Source: Candidatus Latescibacterota bacterium (GTDB taxonomy: Bacteria; Latescibacterota; UBA2968; GCA-2709665). From it: a DNA stretch of 64,000 bases. Numbering within the stretch: position 1 is the first letter of the stretch; each line of letters begins with the position of its first letter. Of this stretch, positions 54,667 to 64,000 are shown one piece after another. Where the stretch lies: NCBI GenBank assembly GCA_965222075.1, contig OZ244937.1, positions 1,472,001 through 1,536,000 on the forward strand. The letters run 5' to 3'. The position numbers and the translations under genes are program-made. The notes beneath the pieces were generated by a model. The model searched no databases. It had not been told where the DNA came from and was given only the letters and a program-made list of their open reading frames with translations.

Positions 54667-57600
54667 TCATACCCGACTCAGCGCCGTCACAACGCCCGTA
54701 TCCGTGCCCACCAGAAGGCCTGATCCATCCGCAAGATCCAGGCCAGCCAGCGCTGTCATCCCCCCATCCAGCCGGTGACTCCCAACGATTTCTCCCTCAA
54801 GGGACAGGAACACAATCCATCCTTCGGAAGTCCCCGCAACGATCACCTCCTCTTCACCGGCCTCAAAAAGGACCAGTCCGGTCACCGCCCCGTTCAGATC
54901 CCGACGCCACCGCCGCTCCCCCTCAGCGCTCAACAGCGCCACATTCCCGCTCTCGCTCCCCGCTACAAATCCGGTCCCGCTTACCACCACGCCGTACCGA
55001 ACATCATCTCCCAGGTTCACCGTCCAGAGGATCTCTCCGGAGGTCGAATCAACCACGTAGACATTCCCATCCATCGCCCCGTAGACCGACTCCCTGACCC
55101 CGTCTCCATTCAGATCCGCAAGGGCCAGCGCCGTAAAACAGGGGCCCCCTCGTACCGTCCACCGGACCCTGCCGTCGGCCTCCAGCATATTCGACGTGTG
55201 GTACTCCGTACCCACCAGGATCTCCTGCTTTCCGTCTCCTTCCACATCCCCGATCGCCAGCGTCTGCGCCGCGTGGTGTTCGATCTGCCGCTGCCAGATC
55301 TCCTCGCCATCCGGCGTCAGCGCCCACACCAGCCACCCATCTGTGGCGACCACGACCTCCGTCTGCCCATCTCCCGTCAGATCCGCCGTCGTCACCGCGT
55401 TCACGATCTGGTCCCGCCCGTGGGACACGATAAACTCCCGCTTCCAGCAGACCGTGCCTGCTGCGTCGAACAGGGTCAGCGCACAGTCCCGACCTCCCGC
55501 CAGCAGCTTCCCCTCCCCCAGGTCCGCCAGATGCACCGTGCGCACCTCCCCGCCCGTCTCCTGCCTCCACCCCACCTGCCCGTCCCGGTCCAGCAGGACG
55601 ACCTGCCCTCCGGCCGTCCCCACGGCAATCGCCCCACCCCGTGCATCCATGCACCGCACCTCGCCATCTGCATCCGCCTCCCAGACCACCCTGAGCGCCG
55701 GTTCCTCCTTCGGAACGAAAGCGTTCGCTCTGGGCGCCCGCCGGTGTATATACGGAGACCCGGAGCCAACAGTTTCGTTCAGAGCATCCAGAAGCCCGGG
55801 GTCGAACCTGATTTCGTCACTTCCCACCCACGCATCAATCCCTAACCCGCCCACCAGCACCTCAGCTTCTGCCACCCCGAAAACCGTCGGGCCGTCCGGA
55901 CCTTCTATCCGCACCATGCCCTCTCCAATCCGCTCAATCCGAAAAGCATCCACCTCCGTCCCTGCAGCCAGCAGGTTGAAATACCGCTCCACATCTCCGG
56001 GCTGCCCGTGAAATGCCTTGCGCTGCTTGAAGATCCGGATCGGTCCGTCCGCATACGCGTATCCCTCATACGGGTCCTGGCCTGCAATCCGCGATTCCTC
56101 CGTCTCCAGGGACTTATCCGAGTCATCCGCATTTCGAATCCGGAAAAAGGCTCCCTCCTGCTCCACGGTCAGCTCACTCCCCTCCTGCCGCACCTCCCCA
56201 AGCGTCCGCCACAGACACCGCAAATCGTAATCCGCATCCCTCAAGAGCTTGAGCGAGTCGACAACCAGCAGGTATTTCCCCTTCACCCAGAAGATATCCC
56301 GTGTCCAGTCCACCCCGTTATAATCCGGCACAACCGTCCGGGTAAACGCGGCTTCCCCGAAGTCTTCCGCCCACTTCACCCCCACCAGCGACGGCATCTC
56401 CAGGCTTTCTCCGTCGCAGATCGACACGACCGACGAGTGGTGTCTCGGCCGCTTCCAGATATAATCCGTCTCCGCCAGCCACATCCGTCCCTTCCACGTC
56501 AGCCGCTCGATCGAGTTGCCGTCCTCGTGCCCGTGCGCAAACGTCGAGGTCCCGTCCAGCAGCAGGTAGAGGTCCTCCTCCTCGAAGCCCTCCCGCAGCG
56601 TCAGCTTATCAAACGCCACCTCCAGGGGCACGTTCGCCCCGCCCGGGCCGTGCTGTTCCACCCACTCGTAGAGCGGCCGGTTGAACGGGGCGGTCGCGAT
56701 ACCCGCCATGTGGTCGGGAACCTGCTTTGGGACTGCCTTGTAGAAACAGTCGTGCTGCGGCGATCCTCCCATCCAGTCCAGCGCCCACAGGTAGCGCCCG
56801 TCCTCGCAGTACCAGGCCGCCTTGCACAGCGTGCTCGTCACCCCGGGCGAAGCGCTTCGGCGCACGCCATAAGCCCCCACGTCTCCGAAACCCACCGGCG
56901 ATCCCAGGTTGTCCGTAATCAGAATCGCGTAGTCTGCGATCTCCCGCAGGTGCCCGCCCTTTAAGAAGCGAAAATTATCCCGCTTCAGATCGTAAATCAT
57001 CTGGTGGTTCGGCACCAGCCAGCAGTACCCCCCGCCTCCGCCGTCGTCGTTGGGCTTGTAACAATCGGCCTGCCCGTCGAAAATCGCCTGGCAGAAGCGG
57101 AGTTCTTTTTCAAAATCCTCGACCCCGTAATACGTCTTGAAATATCCCGCGCTGAACGACATACTCAATCCGGCGAACGTCGGATGGTTCTGCCGGATCT
57201 CCAGGGGCGGCGGCTCCTCCCCCTCAAAATAACGCAGCCCCGCCACGTAATGCGTCAACCCCCAAAGCAAATTCGTCATCCGGAGGCGCTCCGCATCCGT
57301 AAACGCATCGCTCTCCTCGATCAGGTCCCAGATGTAGAACAACCGCCAGGCCCAGGCGTAGATGAACAGCATATGCTCGAAGCACCACTCCCCCCCGTAG
57401 CGGTTCTTTACCAGATCCTCGTAGGTAAACAGGACATCCCGGAACATCCGGGCGCAGTCGAGTTCGTGCGTGAAGTGGTGGACCAGCCCCAGCGTCACCC
57501 CCCGTTCGATCGGCCCGCGGCCTGCGTTGCCCTGAAACGCTGCCTCCGTCTGCTCCCGAAACGCCTCCGGCGTCATCTCCGGCAGCAGCGCCTCGTGCAC

Positions 57601-58053
57601 CGCCGACCGGGACAGATTCGTATACGCAAAGCGCCCCCCGGTCCCCTCTAAAACCCCCTCCAGCACCTCCAGCGCCGCAGCCGCACCCTCCAGCGTGCTC
57701 CCCCCCACAAGCAGCACGTTGTACCCGCAGTTCTCCGGATTGTGCACCGTCCGAATCACATACCCGTCCCCACCCGGATAAAAATCGTCCACAAACACAT
57801 ATTTCCGCCGGTAAAGCGCCATCAGCGCCGGGTTATTCATCGCGCTGCCCAAAAGCACCCGGTGCCGCTCCCTAAGGGCCGAAGCCCCCTCAACAATCGG
57901 CAGATCCACACCCGCATGCGCCCGGATCAGATCCCGCAACCGCTCCGCCGTGGGCCTCCAATCCGCTCCGGACGGCGCCACGATCTCCGCCCCCTCCCTG
58001 AGATCCGTGATCAGGTGCATCTCTTTCAACGTCTCAATCCGTGTCCCGGCCAA
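54667..58053 (-). CDS. large heparinase-like core plus beta-propeller protein (paralog B)
   Basis: Collinear and highly similar to 48151-51795, lacking one 73-aa segment. Confidence 0.7.
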   Translation of the reverse strand: MAGTRIETLKEMHLITDLREGAEIVAPSGADWRPTAERLRDLIRAHAGVDLPIVEGASALRERHRVLLGSAMNNPALMALYRRKYVFVDDFYPGGDGYVIRTVHNPENCGYNVLLVGGSTLEGAAAALEVLEGVLEGTGGRFAYTNLSRSAVHEALLPEMTPEAFREQTEAAFQGNAGRGPIERGVTLGLVHHFTHELDCARMFRDVLFTYEDLVKNRYGGEWCFEHMLFIYAWAWRLFYIWDLIEESDAFTDAERLRMTNLLWGLTHYVAGLRYFEGEEPPPLEIRQNHPTFAGLSMSFSAGYFKTYYGVEDFEKELRFCQAIFDGQADCYKPNDDGGGGGYCWLVPNHQMIYDLKRDNFRFLKGGHLREIADYAILITDNLGSPVGFGDVGAYGVRRSASPGVTSTLCKAAWYCEDGRYLWALDWMGGSPQHDCFYKAVPKQVPDHMAGIATAPFNRPLYEWVEQHGPGGANVPLEVAFDKLTLREGFEEEDLYLLLDGTSTFAHGHEDGNSIERLTWKGRMWLAETDYIWKRPRHHSSVVSICDGESLEMPSLVGVKWAEDFGEAAFTRTVVPDYNGVDWTRDIFWVKGKYLLVVDSLKLLRDADYDLRCLWRTLGEVRQEGSELTVEQEGAFFRIRNADDSDKSLETEESRIAGQDPYEGYAYADGPIRIFKQRKAFHGQPGDVERYFNLLAAGTEVDAFRIERIGEGMVRIEGPDGPTVFGVAEAEVLVGGLGIDAWVGSDEIRFDPGLLDALNETVGSGSPYIHRRAPRANAFVPKEEPALRVVWEADADGEVRCMDARGGAIAVGTAGGQVVLLDRDGQVGWRQETGGEVRTVHLADLGEGKLLAGGRDCALTLFDAAGTVCWKREFIVSHGRDQIVNAVTTADLTGDGQTEVVVATDGWLVWALTPDGEEIWQRQIEHHAAQTLAIGDVEGDGKQEILVGTEYHTSNMLEADGRVRWTVRGGPCFTALALADLNGDGVRESVYGAMDGNVYVVDSTSGEILWTVNLGDDVRYGVVVSGTGFVAGSESGNVALLSAEGERRWRRDLNGAVTGLVLFEAGEEEVIVAGTSEGWIVFLSLEGEIVGSHRLDGGMTALAGLDLADGSGLLVGTDTGVVTALSRV

Positions 58054-58068
58054 TGGAATACCCTCCTT

Positions 58069-60039
58069 TCAATACGCATGCACCCCATGTCCCTGCCCTC
58101 CGAAATACGTCACATCCAGCAAAAACGAAATTCCCACATTCAGCGCATAACCGATCATCAGCCCCAGAAAAAACGGGATCGACCGCCGGTACAGAAAAAC
58201 GCCCCCGGCCTTCAAGACAATCCCCTTGATCGACCAGGTAATAAACACCGACAGAACCGAATGCACCGTCATACCCGACCACGTAATCGCCATCCCCAGC
58301 GGGTGCAGCGGCCACCAGGGCAGCCGGTACCTCAGCAGCGTCAGCACGAGCATCACCGCACAGCCGGTTCCGAAATAGCCGAACACCTCCGTCTTCACCG
58401 GGTCCGGGCTCGTCATCATCCCTACGAAAGAATTGAACGTGGGCACCGTCCGCCGGAAAAGCGCAACACTCCCGAAATTGTAGGCCCCCACCGTATACCC
58501 CCAGTAAAGCGTCAGCCCCACCGATGTCGCCACCCCCACAACCAGGCCCAGCCCCACCGCAAGCCCCAGATGCCGCCGGCCCCGCCTGATCAGATCGCCG
58601 ATCTTAACCACGTGCGCCAGGGCGGGCATAAACAGCCCCCGGCCGTCGTTGCGCAGGGCGTAAGAAAACACCAGCGCCGTCATACCCGACCCCGGAATCG
58701 CCGCCGGTCCGAGGGCGCCTAAGATCACGCTCTGGGGGAACATGGGCGAACTCACGTACAGCAGACCCGATTGCGCCACAACGCGCGCCACGCCCAGATA
58801 GGTCACAAAAAAGAGGACCACAAGCGTCACCGAGAGCGCCCCCCCCATCCCCACAGCCTGGAACCAGGCCACGATGAAGACAAGGCTCAACACCGCGCCG
58901 ACCACGCCAGTACGGCAGGACAGAATCTCATCGCTGTCTTTGACCTGGGCCGACGGATTCCACGCCTTTCGGAAGACATCGCGGAGGTGCCCGCGCGCCG
59001 TCCAGAACCCCCATCCCACCAGAGCGCACAGCGCCCCGAAGCTCTGCCACTGAACGGCCGCCCCCCCGGAGATCCCACCGACCCCCAGCCGCCTGAAGGC
59101 GTAAATTTGACACATGGCCAGCAGGTGGAAGAACCAGATGCTGAACAGCACATCCAGGTTGGCCAGATAGGCGAAGCCGATCGTATAAAAATTGATGGTC
59201 GTATGCAGGCGGGGGAAGTCCTTGATAAACAGGGTCCAGCGGGACGGGATGCCCAGGGGAATCTCCGGAAACGTAGGAAAAAAGTGCTCCAGCATATTCC
59301 AGGTCATCATCAGCGTGGAGACCCCAAAGCCGATCTTGAACGCCCGCGTCCGCATAAACGGCGGAAAAAATCCGCCATCCCGCGACGCCTCCCCCATGTC
59401 GACCGCGATCTGGGCCAGTGGATACACCAGCCGCTCGTGTTCCGCCCACTGCCGCCGCAGAATCACCATCAAACACAGCGACCCGAATGCAAACGCCCCC
59501 ACCAGCGCCATCCACCAGCTCAACGACCCCGCCCACGCCCCCCACGGGATCGACATATCCTCTGACGGCAGCCCCTCAAACAGCATCCGCATGGCGCCCG
59601 TATCGTCCGACGGCGCGATCCACTCCGGCATGTGGATATGAAAAAAGGCGCCCCACTTGTTCTCCGGAGTCGCCTGGTAGTAGGGAACAGAGACCGTCCC
59701 CAGCAGCGTCGTCATCAGGCTGAAACCGGGCACCACCGCCCCGCTCAACCCCATCGCGGCCACCACCAGGATCTCCGACCTGGACAGACCGAGGTCCTTC
59801 CGCACCGCCCTGAGGACTGGATTGACCAGCAGCGCCAGGAGCATAAACGGCACAAAAAGCCCCATGGGAAAGTGGGTCACCTGGAGCCACGACGCCCGGA
59901 TCAGATAGAGCGAATACAGGATCCAGAAATTGACAAAAATCACAATCAGCAGACCGATGCCCACCGACCGAAGGGTGACCCCTTCCCTCAATTTCGAGGG
60001 CTGCTTCTCCGACAGCGATTTCACCGCCTGTTGATCCAT
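58069..60039 (-). CDS. second DUF6785/DUF6784-type membrane protein
   Basis: GVTLRS, PYYQATPENKW, QW.EHERLVYPL, WWPLHPLG, PFFLGL. Confidence 0.8.
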   Translation of the reverse strand: MDQQAVKSLSEKQPSKLREGVTLRSVGIGLLIVIFVNFWILYSLYLIRASWLQVTHFPMGLFVPFMLLALLVNPVLRAVRKDLGLSRSEILVVAAMGLSGAVVPGFSLMTTLLGTVSVPYYQATPENKWGAFFHIHMPEWIAPSDDTGAMRMLFEGLPSEDMSIPWGAWAGSLSWWMALVGAFAFGSLCLMVILRRQWAEHERLVYPLAQIAVDMGEASRDGGFFPPFMRTRAFKIGFGVSTLMMTWNMLEHFFPTFPEIPLGIPSRWTLFIKDFPRLHTTINFYTIGFAYLANLDVLFSIWFFHLLAMCQIYAFRRLGVGGISGGAAVQWQSFGALCALVGWGFWTARGHLRDVFRKAWNPSAQVKDSDEILSCRTGVVGAVLSLVFIVAWFQAVGMGGALSVTLVVLFFVTYLGVARVVAQSGLLYVSSPMFPQSVILGALGPAAIPGSGMTALVFSYALRNDGRGLFMPALAHVVKIGDLIRRGRRHLGLAVGLGLVVGVATSVGLTLYWGYTVGAYNFGSVALFRRTVPTFNSFVGMMTSPDPVKTEVFGYFGTGCAVMLVLTLLRYRLPWWPLHPLGMAITWSGMTVHSVLSVFITWSIKGIVLKAGGVFLYRRSIPFFLGLMIGYALNVGISFLLDVTYFGGQGHGVHAY

Positions 60040-60046
60040 ATCCGTA

Positions 60047-62389
60047 TCATTCCGGTAAAATCGCAAACTCGTCGAACCAGAACTGCTGTCCTTCTTTCAC
60101 GTTCTGGTGTGTATAGAAACGAAACCGGCGCAAATATCGGACCTCCTTGAGCTGCTCGCGTATCGTCCGTGCATCCAGCGTCGTATTGTGCCAGTGGCCG
60201 TCGTCCAGCAAGGTGTAGGTGCCCGTGTCCGGGTATGGCCCGCAATCGCGTGATGGCGTGCCCCCCACAACCACGACCCCCTCTCCGTACGCTTCCGCCG
60301 GAAATGCCTGAAGCCACAGCCCCACCGGCACCCCCTCCGGGATCCGGTAGGCAAAGCGGATGAACGGATAAGTGTCGATATCCCATTCCCCGGGAGCGAG
60401 ACTACAGCCCAGGTCAGAACCGTCTGCCTCCGCAAAGAGCCGCACGCACTTCCCCCCCCCAAAGCCGCCGGTAACGAACGCGTGCCCGGTCCCTCGATTT
60501 CCGCGGTAGATCTTGAACAGGTACCCCCAATCCAGCGTCGTCTCTTCTTCAAAATCGACCGCCAGCATCGGCGTATCGGGATCAACCGGCCGCTCCACCT
60601 TCACAAATATCACATCCGCGTCCTCATCCCCATCCTTATACCGCACCCGCGCCCGCGCGCCGTAGTGCCCGGAATCCGAATAAACGTGGACCGCTTCGGG
60701 CGCCTGCAGGGTCTCCCCATCGCCAAAATCCCACCGGACAGACTCGATGTCCCTCCCCGTGGGCTCAACACAAAACCTCACCTCCTGCCCGGGTTCGGCG
60801 TCGACCGGCTTGGCCTTCGCAATCACCCGCTGGGAACCCTGCAGCCCATGCTCGTATGCGCCGATATCCGGAGCCTCCCCAAACCAGGGCATGCTCACCG
60901 GCGCGCCCGCCTCCCATTCCACCTCGCGGTCCAGAACGAGCAGGTCCGGCTGATAATAGTTGAGCACGACTTTCCGGATGCGGGCAGTCCGACCTCCCTT
61001 CCCAATGGCTATCCGGTCTCCCACTTCACCCTCAATTCCGAACCCATCGTAGAAGTACCTGCCGTCATCCACCAGAACCTCCCGTCCCCTTCCGGCCCGC
61101 GTCGTCCACGTCAGCGCACGTCCCGCATCAATACACGGACTGTCCGGACGCAGCCGGAAATCGTGGTTTGCCGAATCCACAAAGCCGGGATCCACATCAA
61201 CGTTATCCTCGAACTCCCGCCAGTGCCCCCGGACCACCGCCTTCTTGTTGGCCTCATCCACCGTCCAGAACCGCTCTCCGTGCCGCACCACCCGCTGCCC
61301 GGCCTCTGTGCCCCGAAACACATTGTTCAAAAACAGGTTGTCTCCTGCAATCCCTGTCCCCCTCACAATCTGAACACTGCCCCCGTACTTATCGTTTTGA
61401 AAAAAGATATTGTTCACAAATACATTCGAGCTCACGTTGATCCCGGTAAGTTCCCACCCGTACCCCAGGTTGTCCGCAATCGTATTGTGGTACACCCTCG
61501 AATTGACAAAGCGGAACGGATCGCGCACCTGGTAGTTCACCGGCACATAACTCGACGAGTTGAGCGGCGTATGCCGATTGCGAAACACCCGGTTGAAGCG
61601 GATGATACTGTCGATCACCAGATTCTTCGCCCGGCTGTCGGCCGAATGCGCGCTGTCGAGCGCTTCGGTAACAATATTCCCCTCGACCAGCGCCCTGCCC
61701 GAAGCCCAGAATTCATAGTTGCGCCCCCACGGATTGTGGAAGCAATTCGACCGTACCACCAGATAATTCGTCATCGAAATCTGCAGCGGGCAGTGCCCCA
61801 CGCGCGCAAACGCGTTTCCCTCGATCACCACGTACGTGCATCCGATCACCTGGCACATATTGCCGCCCACCTGGTCCTTGCGGAACACGTTGTCGATGAG
61901 CCGAACATGCTCGCACTCGGTCAACACCAGCGGCGTCGAAGGCCCGGACTTCTCCATATAACACCCCAGGACGGCAAGGTGATCGCACCCATCGGCGCGC
62001 AGCCAGCGCCCATCCCCGGGCGCAATCCGAAAGTCCTCGAAACTGATATTATGCTTCCCCTGAAGATCCACGGCCAGCCCGTGTGCGCCCCCACCCACCA
62101 GCACCGCCCCGTGCCTGACTTCCGACCGGTAGCGGATGGGCGCATCCCCTCCCTGGTCGGGCGCAATCGTGCCCTCGTATGTCCCCGGCAGAAAAATCAG
62201 GGTATCGCCCGGTCTCAAAGCGGCGTTCGCCCGCTTGATGCTTCTCCAGGGAGACGCGCGCCCGCCCGTCCCCCTGTCCTCTCCATCCGGCGCCAGGTAG
62301 AACACCGCACCCAGGCAGGGCACGGCGAGTGCCACCATCAGAATGAACATGCCCGCAGACGTGACGTATGGATCAAAAACAATATGCAT
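60047..62389 (-). CDS. right-handed parallel beta-helix protein with PKD domain (putative exported lyase/glycosidase)
   Basis: FYLAPDG.D..G...PW, PGDT....G.Y, Asn-rich repeats, DFRL..DSPCIDAG, APDIGAYE, WDFGDG; ATG after GGGAGG; hydrophobic N-terminal stretch. Confidence 0.8.
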   Translation of the reverse strand: MHIVFDPYVTSAGMFILMVALAVPCLGAVFYLAPDGEDRGTGGRASPWRSIKRANAALRPGDTLIFLPGTYEGTIAPDQGGDAPIRYRSEVRHGAVLVGGGAHGLAVDLQGKHNISFEDFRIAPGDGRWLRADGCDHLAVLGCYMEKSGPSTPLVLTECEHVRLIDNVFRKDQVGGNMCQVIGCTYVVIEGNAFARVGHCPLQISMTNYLVVRSNCFHNPWGRNYEFWASGRALVEGNIVTEALDSAHSADSRAKNLVIDSIIRFNRVFRNRHTPLNSSSYVPVNYQVRDPFRFVNSRVYHNTIADNLGYGWELTGINVSSNVFVNNIFFQNDKYGGSVQIVRGTGIAGDNLFLNNVFRGTEAGQRVVRHGERFWTVDEANKKAVVRGHWREFEDNVDVDPGFVDSANHDFRLRPDSPCIDAGRALTWTTRAGRGREVLVDDGRYFYDGFGIEGEVGDRIAIGKGGRTARIRKVVLNYYQPDLLVLDREVEWEAGAPVSMPWFGEAPDIGAYEHGLQGSQRVIAKAKPVDAEPGQEVRFCVEPTGRDIESVRWDFGDGETLQAPEAVHVYSDSGHYGARARVRYKDGDEDADVIFVKVERPVDPDTPMLAVDFEEETTLDWGYLFKIYRGNRGTGHAFVTGGFGGGKCVRLFAEADGSDLGCSLAPGEWDIDTYPFIRFAYRIPEGVPVGLWLQAFPAEAYGEGVVVVGGTPSRDCGPYPDTGTYTLLDDGHWHNTTLDARTIREQLKEVRYLRRFRFYTHQNVKEGQQFWFDEFAILPE

Positions 62390-62420
62390 ACCGACCTCCC
62401 TATAAGGTCCAGCGGGCGCC

Positions 62421-63305
62421 TCAGGCCTCCCCGGCAGGCGTGCCTCCCCGGCGTTCTTCTTCCTCCTCCAGAAGGGGGACAAGGCTGGGACGTCTGCTGG
62501 CGTAGGGCGGCTCCATCAGGGCGCGCTGGAGCGGTGTCAGCTCCTCTTTGAACGACTCGTAGCCTTCCGGGTGGATACTCGGACCGGACCCGTACACCAT
62601 GTACCCCGTCCCATACCGGTACAGCAGCGTCCTGCGCTCGTGGGACCCTTTCCAGGGCAGCGTGCCGTGGGTGAGCGCCTCGGTAAAAATCAGCGCCGAC
62701 CCGGCCCCCATCGGCAGATGCTTGATCCACTCCGGGTGGGCCTCCAGGCGGCGCACATCCTCCGGGCAGGGGTAGTTCGCCCTGTGGCTGCCGGGAATAC
62801 ACGCGAATCCCCCATCGCCCGGATGGGTATCGGTAAGCTGGTAGCAGACCGCCATCAGCCCGTTCCACATCCGGCCGTCCTGAAAATGGTGAAAATAGGG
62901 ACCCCTCGGGCTTCCCCCACCGTGAAACAAAAATCCCTCGGCGCCGGCCGTCATGCTAATCCCATTCGCATTTCCATAGCGAAACCCGTCGCCAATCAGC
63001 TCCAGCATATATCGCATCGTCCTGGGGTGCGTGAGCAGGTCCCTGAACGGCTGGCACCAGGGCTTCGGCCAGTTCAAAATGCCCATAATATCGCCCCGGC
63101 CGTGCGTACCCTTCAAAGCCGACGCAGCCTGTCCCCCGTGCTGTTTGGCCGCACCGGACAATAACGCCTCTCCCTCCCTGATATGGACCTGGTCCCGGTT
63201 GTGATCGATCGCCTCATTCAGCGCCGCCACCTCCTCGGGCTTCAGCATATCCTCAACCACCAGGTAACCGTTAACGTCAAAACAATATTTCTCATAGGCG
63301 TCCAT
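62421..63305 (-). CDS. phytanoyl-CoA dioxygenase (PhyH) family protein
   Basis: FDVNGYLVVE, LFHGG, GGFACIPGSH, FTEALTHGTLPW, RR.LLYRY; ATG 63305 after AGGAGG. Confidence 0.88.
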   Translation of the reverse strand: MDAYEKYCFDVNGYLVVEDMLKPEEVAALNEAIDHNRDQVHIREGEALLSGAAKQHGGQAASALKGTHGRGDIMGILNWPKPWCQPFRDLLTHPRTMRYMLELIGDGFRYGNANGISMTAGAEGFLFHGGGSPRGPYFHHFQDGRMWNGLMAVCYQLTDTHPGDGGFACIPGSHRANYPCPEDVRRLEAHPEWIKHLPMGAGSALIFTEALTHGTLPWKGSHERRTLLYRYGTGYMVYGSGPSIHPEGYESFKEELTPLQRALMEPPYASRRPSLVPLLEEEEERRGGTPAGEA

Positions 63306-63348
63306 ACTACCCTCCTGGGTCAAACCACCACCGCGAACAATGAAAAGT

Positions 63349-64000
63349 TCAGATACGCCAGACTTCCTTCCCGCACACAAGATACGCCCCCGCGCCATCC
63401 GTTTCCACAATCGAACAGGGCCCCGGCATCCCTGCCTGCGCCGATGGCTCGGCAGGCAGGCGGCCCAGCGCTCGACCATCCCCCGACGGGCGCATGGCTC
63501 TGAGTTCCCCCTGATTGTCAATCACAAGCGTCTCGTCCCCCCGCGTCATCGTACGAGTGGCTGCCCCCGCCCAGCCCAGCCCATCGATCAGCAGAAAATC
63601 CTCTTCCGGCCTCCAGCCTGTACGCACGGACAGCTTGTCGAAACAACGCTCGATCGACGCGAAAGGAGGCGTCGTAACAGCTCCCGGCGCCCCATGCGCA
63701 TCCCGTTCCCACGCGTGGTACAGGTAACAGCTCCCGGCGCCCCCGGGTCCACCGGCACAACGGTCACCCCCACCCTATCTTCCGGCGCCCTCGGCGCCAC
63801 GCCCGCGTCGAACGCCCGGGGCAGCGAAGTCAAACTGACCAGCCGCCGGTCCGGGGGCGCCAGGTCGTGTACGAACCTGTAGCGCCCGTCGTTAAAATAC
63901 GCTGCCGCGGCCCGCAGGCTCGGCCCGGGAAACTGCCGCTTCAGATCGCTGTCTCCCGCGGACGGCAGCCATCCCTCGTTGTTCACAACGGCCATCGCAG
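63349..64000 (-). pseudogene. disrupted distant paralog of the heparinase-like/beta-propeller family (5' end outside window)
   Basis: Pieces DGRYRF, FDKLSVRTGW..EDFLLIDGLG and GSHSYDDAGG lie in different frames, separated by a 20-bp and a 5-bp duplication. Confidence 0.7.
63431..63460. repeat. CCTGCCTG-family palindromic element, 30 bp, in frame (LPAEPSAQAG)
   Basis: CCTGCCTGCGCCGATGGCTCGGCAGGCAGG. Confidence 0.75.

Noticed and set aside
48151-58053. Diversity-generating retroelement or phase-variable cassette explaining the paralog repeats
   Set aside because: No reverse transcriptase or recombinase; differences are not adenine-specific and span whole genes
60482-62551. 689-aa plus-strand ORF
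   Set aside because: Antisense to the beta-helix/PKD gene; Arg/Pro/His-rich shadow composition

Overview
GC-rich bacterial chromosomal window with no rRNA, CRISPR array, transposase or integrase. The gene content (PorV-family protein, GWxTD protein, TonB-dependent receptor without SusD, DUF6785-type membrane proteins, bS22, expanded UxuA-like dehydratases and heparinase-like proteins) suggests an FCB-group lineage such as Latescibacterota; this is inference only. Left end: hup-bS22-tRNA-Arg(CCG) with an 88-bp tandem duplication, then a small AT-richer patch with a DUF4258/YgiT-zinc-finger TA-like pair. Next come accD-NUDIX-heparinase-like-manC-aroQ, a LysR regulator with dsbD and a degraded gene, and a solA + three uxuA-like + oxidoreductase + isomerase catabolic run. 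A cusCBA-type metal efflux operon follows, preceded by a Cys-rich leader-like ORF. From about 35 kb to the end lies a large putative glycan uptake/degradation region. It contains an OM beta-barrel, TBDR, T9SS-like CTD protein, PorV-like protein and DUF6785 membrane protein divergent from a TPR-GWxTD gene, plus signal-less heparinase-like/beta-propeller paralogs, a second DUF6785 protein and a beta-helix/PKD protein. A family of short CCTGCCTG...CAG[A/G]CAGG palindromes is scattered through the window, including in-frame inside genes. All family assignments are from motif recognition by eye, not database searches.
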